Assembly (NCBI GenBank): GCA_024626585.2
Contig: JANKJI020000002.1
Span: forward strand, 5,406,023 to 5,426,216
Source: Ginkgo biloba
Taxonomy: Eukaryota > Plantae > Ginkgophyta
Direction of reading: 5' to 3'
DNA length: 20,194 bases
Below, in pieces: positions 8,500 through 18,029 of the stretch. The notes beneath the pieces were generated by a model. It ran no database searches and was not told the origin of the DNA. It saw nothing but the letters and a program-made list of their open reading frames with translations. Each line of letters opens with the position of its first letter. Position 1 is the stretch's first letter. The translations under genes and the position numbers were made by a program.

Positions 8500-11050
8500 A
8501 AAACACTTTTCTATAAGTAGCCGAGGCATCAAGGCTTAGAAGATAATCTACATGAAGGAAAGAAGAGAGGCCCTAGCAACATTCTAATAAAGATCAGAGA
8601 AGAACATTGATTCTATTTCCAAAATTTTGAAAACTATGACAACAAAATTCTCATTCATATAATTATATGATCAAAACCTAAAGTTTGGACAACTAAGGAT
8701 AGAAACAAAGATTTCTTAGGAGGTCATTCTAAAAAATAACTTCTCTTTTGAAAGGACAAGGACTTAAAACTTATTAAGTGAAACATTGAGAAAGAGAGAT
8801 CCCATGGATTCACCACAAGCATATTAGGATCCCATGTATTATGCATCCTTCACAAACACAATCTTATTCCAATGACTCTATGAACATCAATTTCTATAAT
8901 GTCCATCTCTAACCATCCTCATAAATGCGACTTTAATGTCTAACAAGTATATTGGCTTGCAGAAAGGTCAACCTTTCCAATGGTATATTGTACGTGGTAT
9001 TTTGGATTGTGGAAAGAGCCAGAAAGTCATCTTTTTGTAAAAAGGCATGTTGCTAAAATTCTGAAGAAACCAAAAGCAGCAGTGCCAAAACAAAAACAAC
9101 TTTGACCAAAGGCGACTTGGGTTACATGAACTCTGCTTCACCCCAGATCTATTCTAGTGGCAGCTATGAAGAGCCTTCCATAAATGTATCGTACATCATT
9201 TTTTTTAAATCCTGGACCGAACTATAGCATCATTATTCCAAGTCATGATTCTAATAGAAGTAGAATTTGAAGAGCATCCTGCTAGGAGCAATCCAAAAAC
9301 CCTAAATTGGAAGCAGATTTGCAACAAATTTGCTAAGGAGACCATTTAAAGCGTAAAGAGACCAAGAAGACACCAGAATGCTGGAAACAATCAAAATAAT
9401 AATTGGAAACTATGTTAGTAATCAACCCTCATACTGTAAGGCTATTCAGTATCTTTGTTGTTTGCAACCTCATTCAGTCATAATTAATATAAATTAGTTT
9501 GTTGGATATAGGATCTTGCTAGACTAAATGACTTGTTACTTAGAAGTCGGTGCCTAAGATTGCATGCTATTGTATGGAGACTTAATAGCCCTTAAGACAA
9601 TTACTCTATGATTGTGTGTTAATGCTTATAGGACCCATATATGACTACATGCCATGAGTTGGGTGCTCTACAAGGTCAATGACCTATGTGGGGGATGGGT
9701 TCCCATAACTAAAAGTAGCTTGGGTGGATCCTGTAAGAAACTCTGCATGGGTGGAACCTGTAAAATGCTGCAAGCAACATGGGTGGTCACTGTGAAATGC
9801 TGATGAAGGGGTCTTATGTTTAGGGGGTGAGGTCCCACATAGACAATATGATAGGGGCACCAAAGTGCATTTATTTGGCAGTGTTCATGGTTGGATGCTA
9901 AGGGATTATCAAACACACAAGCCCCCTTTGGTCCTTCTAAGTCATTATGCTCGATATCAGTGGGTGAATCCCTCAGATTCGCATTACTTGTCTTTATTGA
10001 TGTCACATTGTTTGAGCATAATGCAGGTTCTACAGGGGTAGCTTGATGAGCCTGTAACATTGTTCTTGGAAGAACTGTAACTGGTGTTGTTTCTGCTGAA
10101 ATTAGGACACTTTAAAAGGACATGGAGATGGAAAAAACACTGTAGCTGCAGCAGTAATCTGAATTCCTAAAACTGAAACTGCTGATGAGCTGTTAGAGTC
10201 ATGCTATCAAAGTTGAAGTTGTTGTTGGATTAAATTTTCGAACTAACATTGAATATGGAATCCATGAAGTTGGAGCTGGGAGGGGAAGTAGCTTGTCATA
10301 TCTGGTTCTGTGCAAGGAGTTGGCTCTGAAGAGTTTCTGTCTGTTACTGATAACTTGTGCTATGGAACTGATAACGGGGGGCTGATTCAACCCACACATT
10401 TGGGGAGTTTTTCTCATATCTAGACGAAACCTGACATAACTTCTGAAACAAGGAATGTGTATCTGGATACCAGTGGCCCTTTGGTGGGTAATGGCTGAAG
10501 CTTGGGTGTGACACACATCTTTTATCCCTCTACAAGATTCTTCTATTGCTATTTTTACTGAAAATTTGCAAATCAGAATCCAATCTTGAAGACAATATGA
10601 TTACTTGGTCATACAGTTTACCTGAGATATGAGATTCATAAAGGGACTTTTTTCTCATCTCATGAGATGTGTTCGTGTCAGAACTCATTTTCATACCCAT
10701 ATTAGAGTGGGGTTCTTGTGAAGGCTCATCTCTAAGGCCTTTGTCGTTCTTTGGATCATTTTCAATTCCTATGTAGTGTTTGGAACATACATGGAAAAGA
10801 GGAGGACAATTGATGATATAAGGGGGAACTCAGGTGCTAAACTCCGAATTACATAAGTAGTCAGCCTTTTTGAACCAAATAGAGCTTGAGTTTACCGTAG
10901 CAGAGTTTAAAATTTGAGAAAGGAATGGAATGGAATACTTTCATGGACCACTTTTGCTCAAAATTCAAGAAGACGAATGACTAGAATAATAATTCCAAAA
11001 AAAGTAACACCAAGAAGGTCTTATTACCACACTATGTATCCTTATAGAAA
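8500..11050 (-). mobile_element. Decayed, internally deleted LINE (ORF1-like ~10.3-11.0 kb; ORF2 C-terminus ~8.5-9.6 kb)
   Basis: Minus strand: GP*...ST*VPPYIINCPPLF...PHSNMGMKMSSD (ORF1 DUF4283-like), a low-complexity linker, GLLSLHTIACNLRHRLLSN near 9590, and eroded zinc-finger-like and IWK.RN-like motifs near 8880 and 8620. No endonuclease or RT core is recognisable. Boundaries are approximate. Confidence 0.5.
9721..9807. repeat. Three degenerate ~27-32-bp tandem units
   Basis: TGGGTGGATCCTGTAA (9721), TGGGTGGAACCTGTAA (9748), TGGGTGGTCACTGTGA (9780). Confidence 0.65.
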
Positions 11051-12482
11051 ACCTCTCATAGCAGGATGAAAGAATCTAGTAGGAGACACGCACTAGTAAT
11101 AGAAAGCATATGCTTATGGGTGTTTGTTCAAATATTATGCATGAGTGCAGTACCTGATTTGACTTGTTCCTAATCTTTTTTATGATAACTTTCCCTTTTT
11201 CTCTGGGACTATGATCCAATAAACATTAGTACTTGGTGAAAGACCCGTTGTGCATTTGATTTGAAACTTGCAATGTTTGGTGATACAGGCCTTAGTTGTT
11301 GTCCCTTTAGTCCAAATTCTTTAACCATTGTGATATCAAGAGTCTTGCCAAGACCTTGTGCAGTGAAAACATTTTATTGAATCGTTTACCCTTCTTGCTT
11401 GTTGTGGGGGTTCATTGAAAGTAGTGATCGAGCCTAAAGGGAAGGAATTTCAAGAAGAAATAATAGTGGGTTTTTTTGAATTAATGAATGTTAGGATATA
11501 ATATCTATTTTGACATTTTGTATTTAGTATTTAATGTTAAATGNNNNNNNNNNNNNNNNNNNNNNNNNNNNNNNNNNNNNNNNNNNNNNNNNNNNNNNNN
11601 NNNNNNNNNNNNNNNNNNNNNNNNNNNNNNNNNNNNNNNNNNNTTTATTTAGACATCCTACATACTACTACTTGGGGGTGACACATATCATGAGTAACAA
11701 ACTTCCTTTTTAAGCTGCAAGAATATTTGTTAGGGTTTCAATGTTGTAGGTGCAAAATTATGCAAGGGAGTTAAGAATCAACAAGGTATGAATTAAACCT
11801 TGGTAGTAGGGGATTATGAAAAAATGCTTTCCAGTATAGTCTAAAGAGGATAAAAATTGCTTGCGAAAGGAGGCAAAGCAAGGATGAAGATGCATGTATT
11901 CAGGGATATTAAATATCCATTTTAGTACAGGAGGCTTTTTTTAAGTGGTGATTTATACAGAGATAAATGCTCATATAGTTTCAAAACTGCCATGGGGCTA
12001 GCTTTCAAATAGATGATACTTGGTTTGTAATGCATGATGGCAGGCAATCACAGTAAGGGTTAACAGAAAAGAGTGTAAAATTCCCCTGTTTAGAACTATC
12101 TTCTCACAAGTCTGTATAATGGCCTGTGGGTATCTTATAATAAAGAAAATGATACATTTAACAATTTCTACTAAAAACTCGTAGTTGGAAAAATGTGTTG
12201 CATAAATTTTTATTAAACTTGTACACTGCATATATTGTTGGAGTCTGAACCTAACTCTTCTGTTACAGAAGCAGCCTTTCTATCCTCTCCGCATCTACTA
12301 CCCAAATAAGTGATGAGCATATCCACAATTTTTTACTTCTCTTTTCTTTTGTCCATATGATGCATAATAGCTCTAACATGGGTAGAGAAATTAATTGGTA
12401 CAAGACATTACCTTAGATTGATCAAAAAGTTTCTTCCGTGGAATTTTTGTTTAGTGAAGTGTGACATGTTGCATTCATGCAG

Positions 12483-12572
12483 GTGGACCAAGGGATCAAT
12501 GTTCAAATCATTCGTTCTGTTCTTTCAGAGCGTGCAAATATGCCATGTTTAGCTGCTCTTTCAGTTGTGCAA
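12483..12572 (+). CDS. Internal 90-nt exon of the unidentified host gene (VDQGINVQIIRSVLSERANMPCLAALSVVQ)
   Basis: Strong acceptor TGCAG|GT and strong donor CAA|GTAAGC. Phase 0-0, open frame, AT-rich flanks. Confidence 0.75.
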
Positions 12573-12999
12573 GTAAGCTTCTCAATCTATTCTTTGGAGT
12601 GTCAGAAGTTGTATTGCAGCTCCTTTCGTTTAATATTTAAATGTTCTTTGTAAAACCCTAATTTGTATGCTTTCTTATATCCTAAAAGTAAAAAATCTGC
12701 CCCACGCCCCTCTTCCCTACAAGAAATAATTGGAACCAAATGTGCCCACACCCATGCTTCAGGATAACACTTTTTGAAATCATACTTTTTAAATTGTGGG
12801 GCTAAATCCTGAGTTTAAATTGAGAGAGCTGTAGGAACATGTTCCAAAAGAAAAGGAAACATAGAAGGAACACTGCATAACCATATAAAATCAGCTCCAA
12901 ATTTGTGTGTAGCATTTATTTTGTAGTGGATGCCCTGCAATAACTAGAAGGCCTTTCAAAAGTGAAATGAGAATTCTTCGAGGTCATTCATAAGGATGG

Positions 13000-13230
13000 A
13001 AACCTCAGGGGTCAGTGCAAGATCTCTAACAAGTTCCCAAGGCTCCTAGATTTTACATTAAAGGGCATCTCTATGAATTGAGATAACAGCTGGGAATCAC
13101 CTTCCCAATTAATTGCAATTATTATTGAAGATCCCTAATGTTATTTGAGTGGAAGTGCACTTAGTGAAGAGTTTTATGCTGTTAACTGTTATGTCCAGTC
13201 TCCAGGTAGCAACTCGGCAGAAAAACCCTT
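13000..13230 (-). mobile_element. Possible RNase H-like remnant of a plant LINE
   Basis: Minus strand reads IIIAINWEGDSQLLS (EGDSQ at 13090-13104), resembling the I.EGDS motif of plant LINE RNase H domains. Otherwise heavily eroded. Confidence 0.3.
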
Positions 13231-13259
13231 TACCAAGAATCAAAATGAAGATTTCAATT

Positions 13260-13277
13260 AAAAAAAAAAAAAAAAAA
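13260..13277 (+). repeat. Poly(A) run (18 nt)
   Basis: Directly visible, close to an assembly gap. Confidence 0.9.
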
Positions 13278-14415
13278 TTGAAAGAATTGAATTCTCGAAA
13301 NNNNNNNNNNNNNNNNNNNNNNNNNNNNNNNNNNNNNNNNNNNNNNNNNNNNNNNNNNNNNNNNNNNNNNNNNNNNNNNNNNNNNNNNNNNNNNNNNNNN
13401 NNNNNNNNNNNNNNNNNNNNNNNNNNNNNNNNNNNNNNNNNNNNNNNATGACCACCTCCTGTTCATCATGACATTTTTCTTCTGTCTCAAGTGGTGAGAA
13501 TTTCATAGTCTGTAAGTACAAACCAAATGGCTGCAGAATTCGAGTTTCAAGATTATTTTTTATCAGAAGATTGGATTGTTTAAACCTGATTACACTTAAC
13601 AGAAATTATCAGCATCCTTTTTATGAGCTGAAGCTTGCTCAGTGCAAAGCATTTCTGAAAGAACAGGGTATAAGTCTTCAGTAGTAAATATAGAGTTGTG
13701 TTGCCCTCCTGCACTTACCTGTTACAAAGTTTCGTGATTTCTTCCATTCTCAAGCAACCCCTACATATATGCAGACCACATAAGATGTCTACCCACCAAT
13801 TCGGCCTCGATCCTCTTTCTATGAAAATTTACCGATTCTTCTTTCTCCAGCCAAATTAGATGACCAATGATTTCTTATTGTCTGTTTACTACTGCTATTC
13901 ATTCTCCAGACGGTTTTATTTTATTTCTATTTTCTTCTGCTATTTTTGTGCTTAATTGCTTTCTTCCCTTGGTCACTGCTCATTCATCTAGAGCCAACCT
14001 AGTACTTTCACAGGAGGCATCTAGAATTCAACCAGACTCACTGAGAACTTCTAAAACTTGAAAAGATCAGCCCCCCAAAAAACTCAAAATTTCTCACACA
14101 ATTAAGTTCTTCAAGAAGAATTAAATGGTCAGCTTGTGTTTGAACAAATATTGTGATGAAGAACAAAAACTTAAAGCCTATATTCATGAAAAAGTGTCTA
14201 AGAAAAGCATGAAAAAATTAGCAGAGGTTTTAGAATCATAGAGTATGTCAAGAGCATAAGTTTACCCTATCAGTGTACATTCACAACATTCCCTACAAAT
14301 AGCAGATCTTAGAGTTTGTTTTATGAAATGATGCATTCAATCTAAGAAAATCTTAATTTGTTATATAAAATCTTTGTGATTTTGTTTGTATGGCTTGATG
14401 GAAGTTTCTGTGCAG

Positions 14416-14465
14416 CTGAAAGGAATTTTGGCTGACAATGAAATATGGAAGGAAGCCTTGCTTTG
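14416..14465 (+). CDS. Internal 50-nt exon (LKGILADNEIWKEALL+TG)
   Basis: Acceptor TTTCTGTGCAG after a T-rich tract, donor TTG|GTTATA. Phase 0 to 2; 50+37 nt with the next exon restores the frame. Confidence 0.62.
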
Positions 14466-14600
14466 GTTATAAACCTACACAACATTCAATAGTANNNNNN
14501 NNNNNNNNNNNNNNNNNNNNNNNNNNNNNNNNNNNNNNNNNNNNNNNNNNNNNNNNNNNNNNNNNNNNNTTTCTTGGTTACAAACTATTTTGATTAGCAG

Positions 14601-14637
14601 TCCAGCCTCGAGTATTTATCAAGATTTACTACAGATG
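14601..14637 (+). CDS. Internal 37-nt exon ((C)PASSIYQDLLQM)
   Basis: Acceptor TTTTGATTAGCAG, donor ATG|GTTCAT. Phase 2 to 0 links 14416-14465 to 14828-14929 in frame. Confidence 0.6.
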
Positions 14638-14827
14638 GTTCATGATGCCATAGAGAACTTGTTTATTGGCTAGATAGTTTCCAAAGTTGTGGATACACAT
14701 CTTCAATTTGTTCTCATCATACAAAAATAGTGAAGCGTCGGATAATTCTCAATCCTTGAACTCATAGATACTTTGTAATATTTACTCATCAAAATGTTTT
14801 TTGCTATTATTCTTTCCATGGTGCTAG

Positions 14828-14929
14828 ATGGAGACTTTGATCAAAGATGACACGTTTAAGAAAGTCGTTGAAGCATATTCTCGACCAACAAAAATCATAC
14901 GTGGAAAGAATGTTGATCCGGCCTTTCGG
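14828..14929 (+). CDS. Internal 102-nt exon (METLIKDDTFKKVVEAYSRPTKIIRGKNVDPAFR)
   Basis: Pyrimidine-rich acceptor ending GCTAG, donor CGG|GTAATT, phase 0-0. Six CpGs are retained in 102 nt against a CpG-poor background. Confidence 0.75.
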
Positions 14930-15727
14930 GTAATTTTCTTTGCCCTTTTCAACTTCACCAGCATTTTCGTCATGGATTGTAAGCTTCTTTGGTTCCTTAA
15001 TTGTATAAAAGGTGAAACCTTGGATAATGTGAAAGAAATGTGCTCCTTTTGAAGCCATAACATTCCCATCTGCCTCTTTGTTTCTGTGAGACAAGTTGAG
15101 GTCATTATTATTTCTTATAGAGTTGAGTAGAAAATATAGTACCTCATCAGCTTAAGTCTCCCTTTTTTGTCATTTATAAATAGACAACGATTAGCAAGTC
15201 AATCTAGTATGATATCAAATGTGGGCAACTCAAAATTTTTAGTTTGTTGCATTCCTCAAATGCATGAATATCTAATGAAACAGTGGAGAAATATGCCTAT
15301 CTATATCCCTGATGTAGTATCTTGCAAATTTAACATATCCACTTTCTCAAGCTCTAATAGGTGAATGGGCCAAAAAGAACCATTTCAGTATTAATTGTCC
15401 AAAACTTTAATTAAACTTCATTTTTGAATGCTTGTGGGAGAAATATTAGAAATTTTGATTACGTGCTATTGTCAATTGATATCCCCCCATTGCTTCAATT
15501 CTAGGAATGGATTAGCAATATCGTTTGTATACATGGACATTTATTTAGTCTATGGTTGCTTTTATCTTATGCTTAGGACTATGNNNNNNNNNNNNNNNNN
15601 NNNNNNNNNNNNNNNNNNNNNNNNNNNNNNNNNNNNNNNNNNNNNNNNNNNNNNNNNNNNNNNNNNNNNNNNNNNNNNNNNNNCTATTTCTTGTGTACCT
15701 GATTCCAACACAACTTTTGTTAACCCT

Positions 15728-15961
15728 CCACCTTCTAGTGACTATTCAACTTGTAGTGGCTTTTCAACTTCCAATGATTGTTCACCTTTTAGAGACCATC
15801 CAACTTTCAATGAATGTTCACCTTCTAATCATTGGCAAAATTGTAGTGGCCTTTCAACATATATTGACCATTCAACTTTCGATGATTGTTTGGTTTTCTA
15901 TGACATTCGAACTTGCAATGGTTGTTTAACTTTCATTGACCATTCATCTATCAGTGACTCT
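15728..15961 (+). repeat. 18-bp minisatellite, 13 degenerate copies with no indels
   Basis: Units such as TCAACTTGTAGTGGCTTT, TCAACTTCCAATGATTGT, TCAACTTTCGATGATTGT and TTAACTTTCATTGACCAT. One frame gives 6-aa repeats (STCSGF, STSNDC, STFDDC, LTFIDH). Confidence 0.92.
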
Positions 15962-16220
15962 TTAGTTTCGGTGGTTGTCCATTTTTTTGTGACTATCCTA
16001 CACCTTGAACAACTTTGCGAGGTCCTCAATAGTGGCAACTTTGAAAGTTGCATGCATCCATGCAACCCCCTAAGCTTACTACTAGAGAAGAAGCCCCCAT
16101 AGGCTTGAAGAGGTGCCAAATGTTGCTTTTAATGCTTGGCAGAAGATTATACACATTGTATGATGGGGTCAATCTTTACTTGAGCTCAAGGATGAAAATT
16201 GAATTGACCCTGAACTTGTT

Positions 16221-16353
16221 GAGGAGGAAGGTGGTGTTACAACCCGGTCAACCTTGGTCAAAGTACGGTCCAAGGAGGAAAAAGGAAGCTTGGATGCATT
16301 AATTAGTTCTAAGGAAGTTAAGTGACTCTTATTAGTGAAGAGGGATGCTAAGA
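16221..16353 (+). mobile_element. Polypurine tract and start of a gypsy-like 3' LTR
   Basis: GAGGAGGAAGGTGG (16221-16234) is immediately followed by TGTTACAACCC at 16235, a typical PPT/LTR junction. The sequence runs into a gap. Confidence 0.5.
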
Positions 16354-17904
16354 NNNNNNNNNNNNNNNNNNNNNNNNNNNNNNNNNNNNNNNNNNNNNNG
16401 CAGCTAATTATGATGGTGGGACCCTAAAAACAACTTAAAAAGGTAAATCAGACAACCTTAAACCCTAGCGCCAACCTTCTAAGGGACAATTGACCTTCTA
16501 CAAAGATTTTTTAAGAACCAATTAGTCTACTTGTCAACTAACTTCAATTACGGCCAAGTACCATCAAAAGTATAAAAGGAAGGCTAAGAGCGACATCATA
16601 AATCATTGACTTTTGTCTCCCGACATTGGNNNNNNNNNNAGTTTGTTGCTCTTGGAAGTTGCATTTTTCTACTATCCTACCTCCCTATGCTTGGCAAACT
16701 GTTGCTTCTACTATTGACCGACTTTTCTTGGGAAGTTCTTGAAGAAGAACCCCCATTTATTGTTGTGACTGAAGGCATTGCCTTTTGGAAATTTTCTTGC
16801 ATCATTAGAACTATGTGGAGCTACAAAAGAAGGCCAAACTAGGCCAGAAAGCTACCAGGTTAGTTCTAGTAGCTATATTGCATCCAGTTTTGCATTATTG
16901 TTATGTCAGAAGTGGAAGAAGGTCGTTGCACCTGAGGTATTCTAGAGAGTGACGTTTTTTCTAAAGCAAGCTTCTACATCACTTGGATAGTGCACAACAC
17001 TGAGGTAAGCACCCCAAGAGGTACAACATATTTTATCTGTTNNNNNNNNNNNNNNNNNNNNNNNNNNNNNNNNNNNNNNNNNNNNNNNNNNNNNNNNNNN
17101 NNNNNNNNNNNNNNNNNNNNNNNNNNNNNNNNNNNNNNNNNNNNNNNNNNNNNNNNNNNNNNNNNNNNNNNNNNNNNNNNNNNNNNNNNNNNNNNNNNNN
17201 NNNNNNNNNNNNNNNNNNNNNNNNNNNNNNNNNNNNNNNNNNNNNNNNNNNNNNNNNNNNNNNNNNNNNNNNNNNNNNNNNNNNNNNNNNNNNNNNNNNN
17301 NNNNNNNNNNNNNNNNNNNNNNNNNNNNNNNNNNNNNNNNNNNNNNNNNNNNNNNNNNNNNNNNNNNNNNNNNNNNNNNNNNNNNNNNNNNNNNNNNNNN
17401 NNNNNNNNNNNNNNNNNNNNNNNNNNNNNNNNNNNNNNNNNNNNNNNNNNNNNNNNNNNNNNNNNNNNNNNNNNNNNNNNNNNNNNNNNNNNNNNNNNNN
17501 NNNNNNNNNNNNNNNNNNNNNNNNNNNNNNNNNNNNNNNNNNNNNNNNNNNNNNNNNNNNNNNNNNNNNNNNNNNNNNNNNNNNNNNNNNNNNNNNNNNN
17601 NNNNNNNNNNNNNNNNNNNNNNNNNNNNNNNNNNNNNNNNNNNNNNNNNNNNNNNNNNNNNNNNNNNNNNNNNNNNNNNNNNNNNNNNNNNNNNNNNNNN
17701 NNNNNNNNNNNNNNNNNNNNNNNNNNNNNNNNNNNNNNNNNNNNNNNNNNNNNNNNNNNNNNNNNNNNNNNNNNNNNNNNNNNNNNNNNNNNNNNNNNNN
17801 NNNNNNNNNNNNNNNNNNNNNNNNNNNNNNNNNNNNNNNNNNNNNNNNNNNNNNNNNNNNNNNNNNNNNNNNNNNNNNNNNNNNNNNNNNNNNNNNNNNN
17901 NNNN

Positions 17905-17918
17905 ATGATGATGATGAT
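17905..17918 (+). repeat. (ATG)n microsatellite at the edge of the large gap
   Basis: ATGATGATGATGAT directly after the N run; it probably continues into the gap. Confidence 0.7.
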
Positions 17919-18029
17919 TTACATGTTATTGAATGTTTTATGTCAATTGCTATAGAAAGTTTATAGGCTTAAGGAGAGACTATTACAGTTGGCTTGCTCA
18001 TATCATTAGGTTGTGTAATCCTACATTTT

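Noticed and set aside
9668-10516. 130-aa and 105-aa minus-strand ORFs as host genes
   Set aside because: They lie within the decayed LINE region and have no recognisable domain or splice structure.
14807-15105. Minus-strand ORFs of 95 and 93 aa, and the 74-aa + ORF treated as a standalone gene
   Set aside because: Better explained as shadows or intron read-through of the exon at 14828-14929.
15728-15961. CRISPR-like interpretation of this array or of 7362-7520
   Set aside because: Contiguous degenerate units with no unique spacers, no cas genes, and a eukaryotic context.
16679-16818. Minus-strand exon-like segment (LHIVLMMQENFQKAMPSVTTINGGSSSRTSQEK...)
   Set aside because: Isolated, low-complexity, opposite to the gene model and with no partner exons.
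16990-17955. 321-aa ORF and other X-containing ORFs in the track
   Set aside because: Artefacts of translating through N gaps.
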